Below are positions 8,955 through 17,192 of a DNA stretch of 64,000 nt, one piece after another. The position numbers and the translations under genes were made by a program. The notes beneath the pieces are model-generated. The model was not told the origin of the DNA. It saw only the letters and a list, made by a program, of their open reading frames with translations, and did no database searches. The number at the start of each line of letters is the position of its first letter. The stretch's first letter is position 1. This DNA is from an uncultured Ruminococcus sp. (GTDB lineage: Bacteria > Bacillota > Clostridia > Oscillospirales > Ruminococcaceae), in contig NZ_CACWPP010000001.1 in the NCBI RefSeq assembly GCF_902762735.1, positions 34,613 to 98,612 on the forward strand, written 5' to 3'.

Positions 8955-9797
8955 TCATGTCAGCTCAAAACCGTCACTGCGCATGCCGTCTATCAAGTCG
9001 CCCAATATCTGTGCGTTGGTGGCAGACACCGAATGAAGCAGATATACCGCACCGGGATGAGCCGCCTTTTTCAGCTTTTCAAGCGCCGCTGACGGTTCGG
9101 GCTGGTCGTCAACGTTCCAGTCGGCGTAAGCAAAGCTCCACAGCAAAGTTTCGTAGCCGCAGTCAGCAGTGACCGCCAGCGACTTCTCCGAAAACTCACC
9201 CATCGGCGGACGGAAAAGCGTCATCTCCACCCCGAAATTCTCTTTCATATATTCGTGCAGACCTGTTATCTCAGCGCGGCATGTCTCCTCAGTCAGCGAC
9301 GGCATGGAGTAATGGTGTACCGAGTGATTAGCCACCGTATGCCCCTCATCTATCATGCGCTGCACCAGTTCGGGATTTCGCTCGGCATAGTCCTGCACCA
9401 GAAAGAACACTGCCTTTACGTTTTTCTCTTTCAGCGTATCGAGTATCTGCGCAGTGTAACCGTTCTCGTAGCCCTGATCGAAAGTCAGCGTTATCTTTTT
9501 ACTGTCCTCTCTGATGGCTTTTGCATTATATTTTCCATAGGTGTGGTTGAAATCCAGCGCACCCAGAGTGCGGTTCTTTTCATCGACCTGTACGCCCTGC
9601 CCGTAACCGTGACACTCGTTAGACAGCGCCGAAAAGTCTGCCTTTACACCGTTTGCAGTTATCATAACAGGCTCAGCCGCCGCCGATGAAACGGTGATGT
9701 CGTCACCGCTTTCGCCTTTTTTTGATGACATGCCGCATGCTGTCAATACGCCCGCCGTGAACACTGCGGCAAATCTTGCAAGGATCAACTTGTTCAT
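8955..9797 (-). CDS. Polysaccharide deacetylase (CE4/NodB domain, PdaA-like) lipoprotein
   Basis: Lipobox VLTAC. ITLTFDQGYENGYTAQILDTLKEKNVKAVFFLVQDYAERNPELVQRMIDEGHTVANHSVHH. RBS AGGAGG. Confidence 0.85.
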   Translation of the reverse strand: MNKLILARFAAVFTAGVLTACGMSSKKGESGDDITVSSAAAEPVMITANGVKADFSALSNECHGYGQGVQVDEKNRTLGALDFNHTYGKYNAKAIREDSKKITLTFDQGYENGYTAQILDTLKEKNVKAVFFLVQDYAERNPELVQRMIDEGHTVANHSVHHYSMPSLTEETCRAEITGLHEYMKENFGVEMTLFRPPMGEFSEKSLAVTADCGYETLLWSFAYADWNVDDQPEPSAALEKLKKAAHPGAVYLLHSVSATNAQILGDLIDGMRSDGFELT

Positions 9798-9845
9798 TCT
9801 GCATTCCTCCTTTTTGCATATTATTTGCAGTCAGGCGAAGAATAA

Positions 9846-9878
9846 ACAAAAAAGGGGACGGAAATAAATCCCGTCCCC
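9846..9878 (-). terminator. Rho-independent terminator after ireB-like gene
   Basis: ggggacgg / cccgtcccc stem. On the minus strand it is followed by a T-run (plus-strand acaaaaaa, 9846-9853). Confidence 0.7.
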
Positions 9879-9892
9879 AGAAAATAGCATTA

Positions 9893-10144
9893 TTATTCTG
9901 TTTTCAGATAATTTTTAACAAGCGCCTGCAGAAGCTCGTCCCTGTCGATATGACGGATCTTGCTCCTCGCATTGTTGTATGTGGTTATGTAGGTAGGATC
10001 CTCAGAGAGGATATAACCTACTATCTGATTTACAGGGTCATAACCTTTTTCTTTAAGCGCATCATATACCAGAGTCAAAGTTTCTTTCAGCTGTGTCTCT
10101 TTATCAACAGGCAGCGAAAACTCCTGAGTTCTATCTGTGATCAT
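9893..10144 (-). CDS. ireB: IreB-family (UPF0297) small regulatory phosphoprotein
   Basis: 83 aa. [55 protein letters not shown] matches the UPF0297 pattern. Confidence 0.75.
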   Translation of the reverse strand: MITDRTQEFSLPVDKETQLKETLTLVYDALKEKGYDPVNQIVGYILSEDPTYITTYNNARSKIRHIDRDELLQALVKNYLKTE

Positions 10145-10267
10145 AAATGCTCAACTCCTTGCTAATTGTCCTTGATTATATTATACTCCATTTTTTCAAA
10201 AATAACAAGGGGTAGAATAAAATTTATCGGATTGCACAAATTTAGCAACACTTTTTTTACAATTTCT

Positions 10268-12679
10268 TTATCTGAGTTCAGCACCGATCGCGCTAAGTTC
10301 CTTAACAGCCTTCTCCATAGCCTTATCAGCCTGATCGTCTGTCAGTGTACCTTCGAGAGATCTCATGGAAATTGAGTAAGATACAGACTTCTTGCCTGCC
10401 TCTATCTGCTCACCCCTGTAAACGTCGAACAGTGTAACGCTTTCGAGAATGCCGCCGACAGCCTTGCGTATCACCTTTTCAAGAACAGCCGCAGGCACTT
10501 CCTCATCGCATACCACCGACAGATCTCTTGTGGTCGCAGGGAACTTTGGCAGAGGCTTGTAGGTCTTGGTATCGCAGGAAAGTTCCATCAGTTCGGGAAT
10601 GTTTATCTTTGCAGCATAAGTCCTTGCTTCGATGCCGTAGTTCTCCATCACCTTAGGGTGAAGTTCACCGAATATGCCTATCTGTCTGCCGTCTACCTTT
10701 ACAACAGCGCATCTGCCGGGATGGAAAGCGGAAACTTCATCGAACTCGCAGTCATCAGCAGGTCTTTCATACTCTATGTTCTCAGCGCCCACAGCATTCA
10801 TCAGACCCTCTACCATGCCCTTGAGGGTATAGAAGTCAGCACCTGTTTCGGTATCATAGAAGCCGATGCCCAGTCTTACAGGCTCGTTGGGAAGAACTTC
10901 GCCCTCAACAGGGATATACTCGTTGCCCAGCTCGAACACGTAGCACTCAGGGTTGCGGTAGCTGTAATTTCTGCCCACAACTTCCAGTATAGAAGGAACT
11001 ATTGTAGTTCTCATAACGCTGGTATCCTCACCAAGAGGGTTCATTATGGTGACAGTGTTTCTCAGCTTGCTGTCAGCGGGCAGAGCTATCTTGTCAAAGT
11101 ATTTCGGCGAGATGAAGGAGAATGTTTCGATCTCGTTCAGACCCATCGAAAGCATAGCCGCCTTGACCTTCTTCTCGAAGTTCTGCTTAGGTGTACGCTG
11201 TGCATTTGCAACGCCCCTGATGATGGTATCGGGTATGCTGTTGTAGCCGTATATCCTTGCAACTTCCTCAGCGATGTCTGCCTTGCAGCCGATGTCAACT
11301 CTGAACCAAGGCGCGTAAACTCTGCCGTCCTTTACGGTGAACTCCAGCTTTTCAAGTATGCGTACCATCTCGGCTTCGGGTATATCAGTACCAAGGAAAT
11401 TGTTTATCCAGTCAGCACTGAACTCAACATTAAGAGGAGTTTCGCTCTGATAATTCTCGTCGATAACAGTCTTTACTACCTCACCTGCGCCCAGTTCTTC
11501 TACCAGCTGGCAGGCTCTCATCAGTGCCTCATAGCACTCGTGCGGGTCAAGACCCTTATCGTATCTCGAAGATGCATCAGTCCTCATGCGCAGTTTCTTT
11601 GCGGTTGTGGCAACGCTTGCGCCGTCAAAGCAAGCCGACTCGAAAACAACGGTGGTGGTGTCGTCCATGATACCGCTGTACTCACCGCCCATAACGCCTG
11701 CTACTGCAACGGGCTTCTTAGCGTCGGCGATGACCAGCATATCCTCACTCAGTTCTCTCTCGATGCCGTCAAGAGTGGTTATCTTCTCGCCTGCCTTAGC
11801 GTTGCGGACATTTATCTCTGCACCCTCAACATAGCGCAGGTCAAAAGCGTGCATCGGTCTGCCGTATTCCAGCATTACATAGTTAGTTATATCAACAAAG
11901 TTGTTTATCGGACGAACGCCGCTTGCTCTCAGTCTTTCGCGCATCCATCTGGGTGAAGGACCTATCTTTACATTCTTAACGATAGCGCCGATATATCTCT
12001 TGCAGAGGTCGGTGTTATGTATCTTGACTTTGAGCATCTCGTTAACATCGCCGTCAACGCCTTTGAATTCGGGCTTAGCGACTTTCAGTTCCTTGCCGAA
12101 AGTTGCCGCAGTCTCCCTTGCAAGACCGATGACCGACATGCAGTCAGGTCTGTTGGAGGTTATCTCGAACTCAACAACAGTGTCGTTGAAACCTATTGCC
12201 TCGCGTATATCCTTGCCGATGGTCTTGTCACAGTCATCGCCGAGTATGAATATGCCGTCCTCGATGGCATAAGGGAAATCATGTATGTTAAGACCCAGTT
12301 CGCCCAGTGAGCAAAGCATGCCGTTTGAAGCCTCGCCCCTCAGCTTGCCCTTTGTTATCTTCACGGGCTTGCCGTCATGCAGTACGGTGGACTTGTGCTT
12401 TGCAACAGGCACAAAGTCGTCCTTTTTAACGTTCTGCGCACCTGTAACTATCTGCACGAGCGAACCCTCGCCAACATCAAGCTGACAGATGAACATGTGG
12501 TCGGAATTGGGGTGAGGAACTATCTCCTTTACCTGACCTACCACAACATTCTCCAGATAATCGCCCTCTTCATTATAGCACTCAACTTTTGAGCCTGAAA
12601 GGGTTATACCCGAAACAAAATCCTTTATAGGCATATCGCAGTCAACGTAATCTGCGAGCCATTTCATTGAAAGATCCAT
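10268..12679 (-). CDS. pheT: Phenylalanine--tRNA ligase beta subunit
   Basis: 803 aa. N-terminal tRNA-binding fold (VVGQVKEIVPHPNSDHMFICQLDVG), B3/4 and B5 regions, C-terminal FDX-ACB-like domain. Sits with pheS in a T-box-controlled operon. Confidence 0.95.
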   Translation of the reverse strand: MDLSMKWLADYVDCDMPIKDFVSGITLSGSKVECYNEEGDYLENVVVGQVKEIVPHPNSDHMFICQLDVGEGSLVQIVTGAQNVKKDDFVPVAKHKSTVLHDGKPVKITKGKLRGEASNGMLCSLGELGLNIHDFPYAIEDGIFILGDDCDKTIGKDIREAIGFNDTVVEFEITSNRPDCMSVIGLARETAATFGKELKVAKPEFKGVDGDVNEMLKVKIHNTDLCKRYIGAIVKNVKIGPSPRWMRERLRASGVRPINNFVDITNYVMLEYGRPMHAFDLRYVEGAEINVRNAKAGEKITTLDGIERELSEDMLVIADAKKPVAVAGVMGGEYSGIMDDTTTVVFESACFDGASVATTAKKLRMRTDASSRYDKGLDPHECYEALMRACQLVEELGAGEVVKTVIDENYQSETPLNVEFSADWINNFLGTDIPEAEMVRILEKLEFTVKDGRVYAPWFRVDIGCKADIAEEVARIYGYNSIPDTIIRGVANAQRTPKQNFEKKVKAAMLSMGLNEIETFSFISPKYFDKIALPADSKLRNTVTIMNPLGEDTSVMRTTIVPSILEVVGRNYSYRNPECYVFELGNEYIPVEGEVLPNEPVRLGIGFYDTETGADFYTLKGMVEGLMNAVGAENIEYERPADDCEFDEVSAFHPGRCAVVKVDGRQIGIFGELHPKVMENYGIEARTYAAKINIPELMELSCDTKTYKPLPKFPATTRDLSVVCDEEVPAAVLEKVIRKAVGGILESVTLFDVYRGEQIEAGKKSVSYSISMRSLEGTLTDDQADKAMEKAVKELSAIGAELR

Positions 12680-12709
12680 TTATTTATCCTCCGATCTGTT
12701 ATTTTCCGA

Positions 12710-13270
12710 TCAGAACATACCGCTGTTCTGCATCATCGCCGCCGCATGCTGCTGCACAAGTGCAGTGAACTCGGCAGGCGCTTTTAAAAACGTGCCATAG
12801 TCTTTGATATTTATGTCGATGCTCGGTCTGCCGTCAGTGAACTCAATGTTCACAAAAACGCTCTGCTGACCTGCCTTGCTCACCCTCACGGAGTTTGCGT
12901 GTATATCCTTTATCTTATCGTACCTTATAAGCGCATAAGCAGACGGTGCGCACAGATACCTCTCTGTGAAATAGAAAGTGCTGTAATAATATGGCTGAGG
13001 AGGGAAATTGCCCAGACTTGCAAAGTCGTCTGCCGACATTCTCTCCATCTGTTCTTTCAGCTTAGGCATGCTGAAAAGCATCGACTTGCCGCCCTGCACT
13101 ATCATCAGCACACCGAACAGCGCCAGCAGTACGTTCAGCACGCTTATGACCGCAGTGAAAAGCATTATGCCCACCAAGACCAGCAGCACGCCCACCACGA
13201 TAAAGACGATGTTCTTTCCGCCCTGTTTTGAGCATGTCTTATAAAACCAGTTGTTTTTGTAATCATTCAT
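12710..13270 (-). CDS. Hypothetical 2-TM membrane protein inserted between pheS and pheT
   Basis: 186 aa. Two adjacent hydrophobic helices (IVFIVVGVLLVLVGIMLFTAVISVLNVLLALFGVLMIV), then a ~110-aa soluble domain. No recognised motif. Confidence 0.7.
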   Translation of the reverse strand: MNDYKNNWFYKTCSKQGGKNIVFIVVGVLLVLVGIMLFTAVISVLNVLLALFGVLMIVQGGKSMLFSMPKLKEQMERMSADDFASLGNFPPQPYYYSTFYFTERYLCAPSAYALIRYDKIKDIHANSVRVSKAGQQSVFVNIEFTDGRPSIDINIKDYGTFLKAPAEFTALVQQHAAAMMQNSGMF

Positions 13271-13339
13271 TTGTATTCACCCAAATGTCTCCTATATATA
13301 CCGCATAAATATCAGTTCTGAGCTGTCATTGACAGTTCA

Positions 13340-14359
13340 TCAGAACTGCTCCAGGAACCTCATATCATTCTCGTAAAGCAGACGCATATCGTTTATGCTG
13401 TAACGACCCATTGTTATTCTTTCAAGGCCGATGCCGAATGCGAAACCGCTGTATACCTCAGGGTCGATGCCGCATTCCTCAAGCACCTTAGGGTGTACCA
13501 TACCCGAACCCAGCAGTTCTACCCAGCCTTCCTGCTTGCACATCGAGCAGCCCTTGCCGTGACAGTTGAAGCACATCAGGTCAACTTCCGCAGATGGCTC
13601 GGTGTACGGGAAGTGGTGAGGTCTGAACCTTACCTGAGTTTCCTCGCCGTAAAGACGCTTCATCAGCAGTTCAAGAGTGCCCTTGAGGTCAGCCATAGTT
13701 ATGCCCTTGTCGATGACCAGACCCTCTATCTGATGGAACAGCGGCGAATGTGTAGCGTCCACCGCATCAGAACGGTAAACTCTGCCCGGTGAGATTATCC
13801 TGATAGGAGGCTTTCTGTTCTCCATAGTTCTTATCTGAACGGAGGAAGTCTGTGTTCTCAGCAGAACGTTCTCATTTATATAGAAAGTATCCTGTGTATC
13901 TCTTGCGGGGTGATGCTTGGGCATATTCAGCGCCTCAAAGCAGTAGTGGTCTGTTTCTACCTCAGGACCTTCAACGATGTCAAAGCCCATGCCAAGAAAT
14001 ACTTCCTCGACCTGTTCGAGGGTAACGTCCAGCGGGTGTGCCCTGCCTATCTTCTGCTTTTTGCCCGGCAGAGTAACGTCCAGCGTTTCTGCTTTCAGGC
14101 GCATCTCCTCAGCCTTGCTTTTCAGTTCATCGCGGCGTGCTGTCAGAGCGGCTTCAATATCGCCTCTGACCTTGTTAGCCAGCTGACCTATAACAGGTCT
14201 TTCCTCAGCGGAGAGTTTGCCCATCTGTTTCAGAATGGCAGTCAGTTCACCCTTTTTGCCCAGAAATCTTACTCTCAGTTCTTCCAGCGTCTTGATGTCG
14301 CTGACCTTTGAAAGTTCTTCCTTAGCGCTTGTTTCGATGTTTTGCAGCTGTTCTTTCAT
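13340..14359 (-). CDS. pheS: Phenylalanine--tRNA ligase alpha subunit
   Basis: 339 aa. Class II motifs (..[11 protein letters not shown].., ..[10 protein letters not shown].., ..[11 protein letters not shown]..). Confidence 0.95.
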   Translation of the reverse strand: MKEQLQNIETSAKEELSKVSDIKTLEELRVRFLGKKGELTAILKQMGKLSAEERPVIGQLANKVRGDIEAALTARRDELKSKAEEMRLKAETLDVTLPGKKQKIGRAHPLDVTLEQVEEVFLGMGFDIVEGPEVETDHYCFEALNMPKHHPARDTQDTFYINENVLLRTQTSSVQIRTMENRKPPIRIISPGRVYRSDAVDATHSPLFHQIEGLVIDKGITMADLKGTLELLMKRLYGEETQVRFRPHHFPYTEPSAEVDLMCFNCHGKGCSMCKQEGWVELLGSGMVHPKVLEECGIDPEVYSGFAFGIGLERITMGRYSINDMRLLYENDMRFLEQF

Positions 14360-14371
14360 TTCTTATCCTCC

Positions 14372-14668
14372 TAACAAAAATAAAGGTCTTGTCCTAAAAT
14401 CAGGACAAGACCGACATTGACGTATCTTGTTACGGCTGTTTACACAGACGTTGACCACCCTAGAGAACCAACATTCCCCTTTCCCTTAACGCAGGCACAA
14501 CGTCCGCGCTTACAAGCAAAAGCCTTCGGCACAGCCACTCACAAGTGAACTTCGGCACTCTGCGAAATAAGCCGCTTGCAGCTCACGAAAAATACGCGGC
14601 GGCTCTCTCTGTAAGTCGTATTGAATGCTTACTCTCTTGGTCACAGTGTTTATGTGATATTATTTTAC
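14372..14668 (-). promoter_or_regulatory. T-box leader (Phe specifier UUC) with intrinsic terminator, controls pheS-X-pheT
   Basis: Minus strand shows the stem-I AGAGAG element (CAGAGAGAGCC), a specifier-loop context GCCGAAGUUCACUU with UUC at 14547-14549 followed by A, and the T-box sequence UAGGGUGGUCAACG (14451-14462). The terminator is ggtcttgtcct/aggacaagacc (14385-14412) plus a U-rich tract. Confidence 0.8.
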
Positions 14669-14674
14669 TATATT

Positions 14675-14703
14675 ATATTAGCACAGTTTTCGAGGAATTT
14701 CAA
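14675..14703 (-). promoter_or_regulatory. Promoter of the pheS T-box leader
   Basis: Minus strand TTGAAA (14698-14703), 17 nt, TGcTAATAT (-10 at 14675-14680). Confidence 0.55.
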
Positions 14704-14740
14704 GGGGTTTACAGAAAGTTTACAATTATAATTCCATAGA

Positions 14741-15595
14741 TTACTGCTCTTCCCAAACACAAGTTACATACATTCTCAATCCAGCCCAATTTTCCTCTTC
14801 GATAACTAATTTGAAATCATAGCTGTTGTATAAAGCGTTCGCTTCTTCGTATCCACTAGTTCCTAAACTAGCAAGGACAGTTTTGCTGCCATCTTCAAGC
14901 GTTAATTCAAATTCACCACTATTAGTGTTAAAATCAGCACCTATAATTTTAAGAGGTGTGTTTTCTCTTACTAAAGCGATGTAATCCTTATACAATGATT
15001 TTTCTTGATTTGCATCTTCAAAATTCGATTTATCGATTGGAGTATAATCTATATCATTATAATAGATTATATATCTGTAATCAAAACGATTTTCATATGC
15101 CACTTTAAAATATTTATCATTGGAATATAATGCCAACGCTTCCTCTTCTGATAAAAAGTGTGGTAATTCCAAAAAAATCACTTCATTGCCATCAACGGTT
15201 GCTTCATATCCACCATCTCTGTACGAAATACCTGTAACCTTTTTGTCTAAGTACTTTTCAATATAGCCAATAAAAGCCTCTTTTAAATCAGCGTACACAA
15301 CTTCCGGTTCAGACACCTGCTCAACTGTGGAAACTTTTGTTTCAGCTGTACTCTCATCAGCTATTTCAGTGGTAGTCGTCGTGGTTTCAGCTTCTGTCAC
15401 CTTAGTAGTTGTAGTTTCTTTTTCTTTGTGAGTTTCCGTGGATGTAACTTCTGTCGTTGTTGTTTCTGCGGCTGTGGTAGTCGTTGTGGTAGTTTCAGCC
15501 TTGCTTTCTGCGGACGGCTGTGCTGTTTCGCCGCATGAACCCAACGCGGTGCAGGTCATTATAATAGTTAGTGTCAGTGCAAGTATTTTTTTCAT
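14741..15595 (-). CDS. Hypothetical lipoprotein with Thr-rich linker and two internally repeated ~70-aa modules
   Basis: Lipobox ALGSC. TTTTTTAAETTTTEVTSTE linker. Repeat ..ISYRDGGYEATVDGNEVIFLELP..EEEALALYSNDKYFKV vs ..DFNTNSGEFELTLEDGSKTVLASLG..YEEANALYNSYDFKL. Looks AT-rich by eye. Confidence 0.7.
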   Translation of the reverse strand: MKKILALTLTIIMTCTALGSCGETAQPSAESKAETTTTTTTAAETTTTEVTSTETHKEKETTTTKVTEAETTTTTTEIADESTAETKVSTVEQVSEPEVVYADLKEAFIGYIEKYLDKKVTGISYRDGGYEATVDGNEVIFLELPHFLSEEEALALYSNDKYFKVAYENRFDYRYIIYYNDIDYTPIDKSNFEDANQEKSLYKDYIALVRENTPLKIIGADFNTNSGEFELTLEDGSKTVLASLGTSGYEEANALYNSYDFKLVIEEENWAGLRMYVTCVWEEQ

Positions 15596-15827
15596 AAAAG
15601 AACTCCCCTTTCAAACTGATCGTTTCCCCCGCCTACGACGCGGAAAACAATTCACGACATATTAAGATAATGTTATTATAACACGTATTTTGTCTTGTGT
15701 CAATAGCATTATGCTGTTTTTAGTAAGTAAATGACTTGTGAGAGTAATATTATCACTTTTCATACAAGGTTTACACTTTCCTCTTTTATGCCTATACTTA
15801 GTTATATAACAGTAACGGAGGGTGAAA

Positions 15828-16055
15828 ATGAAACCTGAGTACAAGAATTTATACGAAAAATTCGGGCTGAATGTGGCATATTACCGCAAAGCCAAAAAGA
15901 TAACACAAATACAATTAGCCGAACTGGTAGATGTTGACCGCTCCCACATCAGCGCCATAGAACTCGGAAATGTCGGCGTTTCCTTTGACCTTATATTCAA
16001 GCTGTGTGAAGTACTTGAGATAAAGCCGCGCCAGCTTTTCGATTTCAGAGATTGA
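15828..16055 (+). CDS. XRE-family helix-turn-helix transcriptional regulator
   Basis: ORF 15822..16055; ATG at 15828 after GGAGGG. ITQIQLAELVDVDRSHISAIELGNVGVSFDLIFKLCEVLEIKPRQLF is an HTH_3 pattern. Confidence 0.85.
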   Translation: MKPEYKNLYEKFGLNVAYYRKAKKITQIQLAELVDVDRSHISAIELGNVGVSFDLIFKLCEVLEIKPRQLFDFRD

Positions 16056-16061
16056 CTCCTG

Positions 16062-16093
16062 CCCATCGTTCTGCAACGACGGGTATTTGTTTA
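16062..16093 (+). terminator. Weak candidate terminator after the XRE gene
   Basis: cccatcgtt / aacgacggg stem (one wobble), then tatttgttt. Confidence 0.4.
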
Positions 16094-16136
16094 CACTTTG
16101 TTTACGTTTATCCGTCAAGCAAGTCACAAGTCACCC

Positions 16137-16166
16137 TTGACTAACAGGGGGTGCAGATGGTATAGT
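16137..16166 (+). promoter_or_regulatory. Candidate promoter of the flavodoxin gene
   Basis: TTGACT (16137-16142), 18 nt, TATAGT (16161-16166). The inverted repeat GTTAG-N6-CTAAC at 16174-16189 lies just downstream. Confidence 0.5.
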
Positions 16167-16271
16167 ATATATGGTTAGAAAATACTAACTCTATAAGTTT
16201 GTTAAAGCTAACTATTTGCATAATGGGCAGTTTTTTGCCCATACTATACTTAAAAACGGAGGTTTCACAAA

Positions 16272-16676
16272 ATGAAAACAGCAGTTATCTATTGGAGCGG
16301 CACAGGCAACACTGAAGCTATGGCTAAGGCAGTAGCAGAGGGTGCAGGCGTTGAGGCAGTTACTTTTTCCGAGTTTTCGGGCGATGTTTCCGAGTATGAT
16401 GCAGTAGCACTGGGCTGCCCCGCTATGGGCGCAGAAGAACTGGAAGATACCGAAGTAGAACCCTGGTACACCGCTAACGAGAGCAAGCTCGCAGGCAAAA
16501 AGGTAGTTCTGTTCGGCTCTTATGACTGGGGCGACGGCGAATGGATGCGTATCTGGACTGACAGAGTAAAGAACGCAGGCGCTGAGGTAGTAGGCGGCGA
16601 AGGCTTCACCGCTAACAACACCCCCGATGATGATGCTCTGGCTAAGTGCAAGGCACTGGGCGAGCAGATAAAGTAA
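16272..16676 (+). CDS. Short-chain flavodoxin
   Basis: 134 aa. MKTAVIYWSGTGNTEAMAKAV FMN-phosphate loop. ..GCPAMGAEELE.. ..LFGSYDWGDGEWM.. Confidence 0.9.
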   Translation: MKTAVIYWSGTGNTEAMAKAVAEGAGVEAVTFSEFSGDVSEYDAVALGCPAMGAEELEDTEVEPWYTANESKLAGKKVVLFGSYDWGDGEWMRIWTDRVKNAGAEVVGGEGFTANNTPDDDALAKCKALGEQIK

Positions 16677-16803
16677 GCCAAGTCTTTTTCATTTTTCATA
16701 AGTCAGACGCGCTCTCATGCTACGGTGTGGGGGCGTGTTCTTTTTCTGCTGAGCGGCAAAGACCTTATCCTTATAAATGCAGGGATATATTCCGCAATAT
16801 ACT

Positions 16804-16925
16804 TTATGACTATCCCTTTAGCACACCACTGCAAAATACCTTTATCAATGAGGAAAAATATACGCCAAGAACCTTAAATTCTGTATAGCCGCTGTTTTTT
16901 GTGGTGTGTCAGCGGGATAATCACA
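16804..16925 (+). mobile_element. R2 MITE-like repeat, copy a (122 bp)
   Basis: Ends ttatgactatccc ... gggataatcaca form 10/12 terminal inverted repeats. The first ~55 bp and last ~25 bp are near-identical to 52719-52884. No coding capacity. Confidence 0.65.
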
Positions 16926-16942
16926 AAATATTTTTGGGGCTG

Positions 16943-16971
16943 TTGACTTATTTACGATAAAGTTGTATAAT
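16943..16971 (+). promoter_or_regulatory. Sigma-A-type promoter upstream of the GAD-like gene
   Basis: TTGACT (16943-16948), 17 nt, TATAAT (16966-16971). Implies a ~215-nt leader containing R1 copy b. Confidence 0.6.
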
Positions 16972-17056
16972 CATTTATAATGGCAGTATTCAGCTTGCAG
17001 ATAAAGAATCGTGACCGCAAAGCCGATCGGAGCAAAAAGCGTTATCGCCAAAAAAA

Positions 17057-17159
17057 TATATCCCAATTTGGTTGTGTATTGTTCCCCAGCCGCAGGCGGG
17101 GGAACAATACGAAAGAACAGCCATTTTGTAACATCAGCAATACACATCAAAATTGGGAG
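17057..17159 (+). repeat. R1 repeat, copy b, interrupted by a 51-bp insertion
   Basis: atatcccaatttggttgtgtat [insert] acatcagcaatacacatcaaaattgggag. The flanks match copy a. Ends 34 nt before ATG 17193. Confidence 0.75.
17076..17110. repeat. P palindrome (GC core), copy 1, nested in R1 copy b
   Basis: gtattgttcccc agccgcaggcg ggggaacaatac: 12-bp perfect arms plus gcc/ggc pairing in the centre. The core tcccc-gccgcaggcggggga is shared with 52784-52820. Confidence 0.8.
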
Positions 17160-17192
17160 AAAAATATCTGTATTTTGCAAAAGGAGAAATCA

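Noticed and set aside
16980-17192. N-terminal 71-aa extension of the GAD-like ORF; likewise 2016-2066, 4833-4877, 27186-27305, 22219-22287 and 49953-50021
   Set aside because: The extensions have no RBS, cross repeat elements or promoters or upstream gene ends, and are followed by an internal ATG with a strong Shine-Dalgarno and a sensible N-terminus. I used the internal starts.
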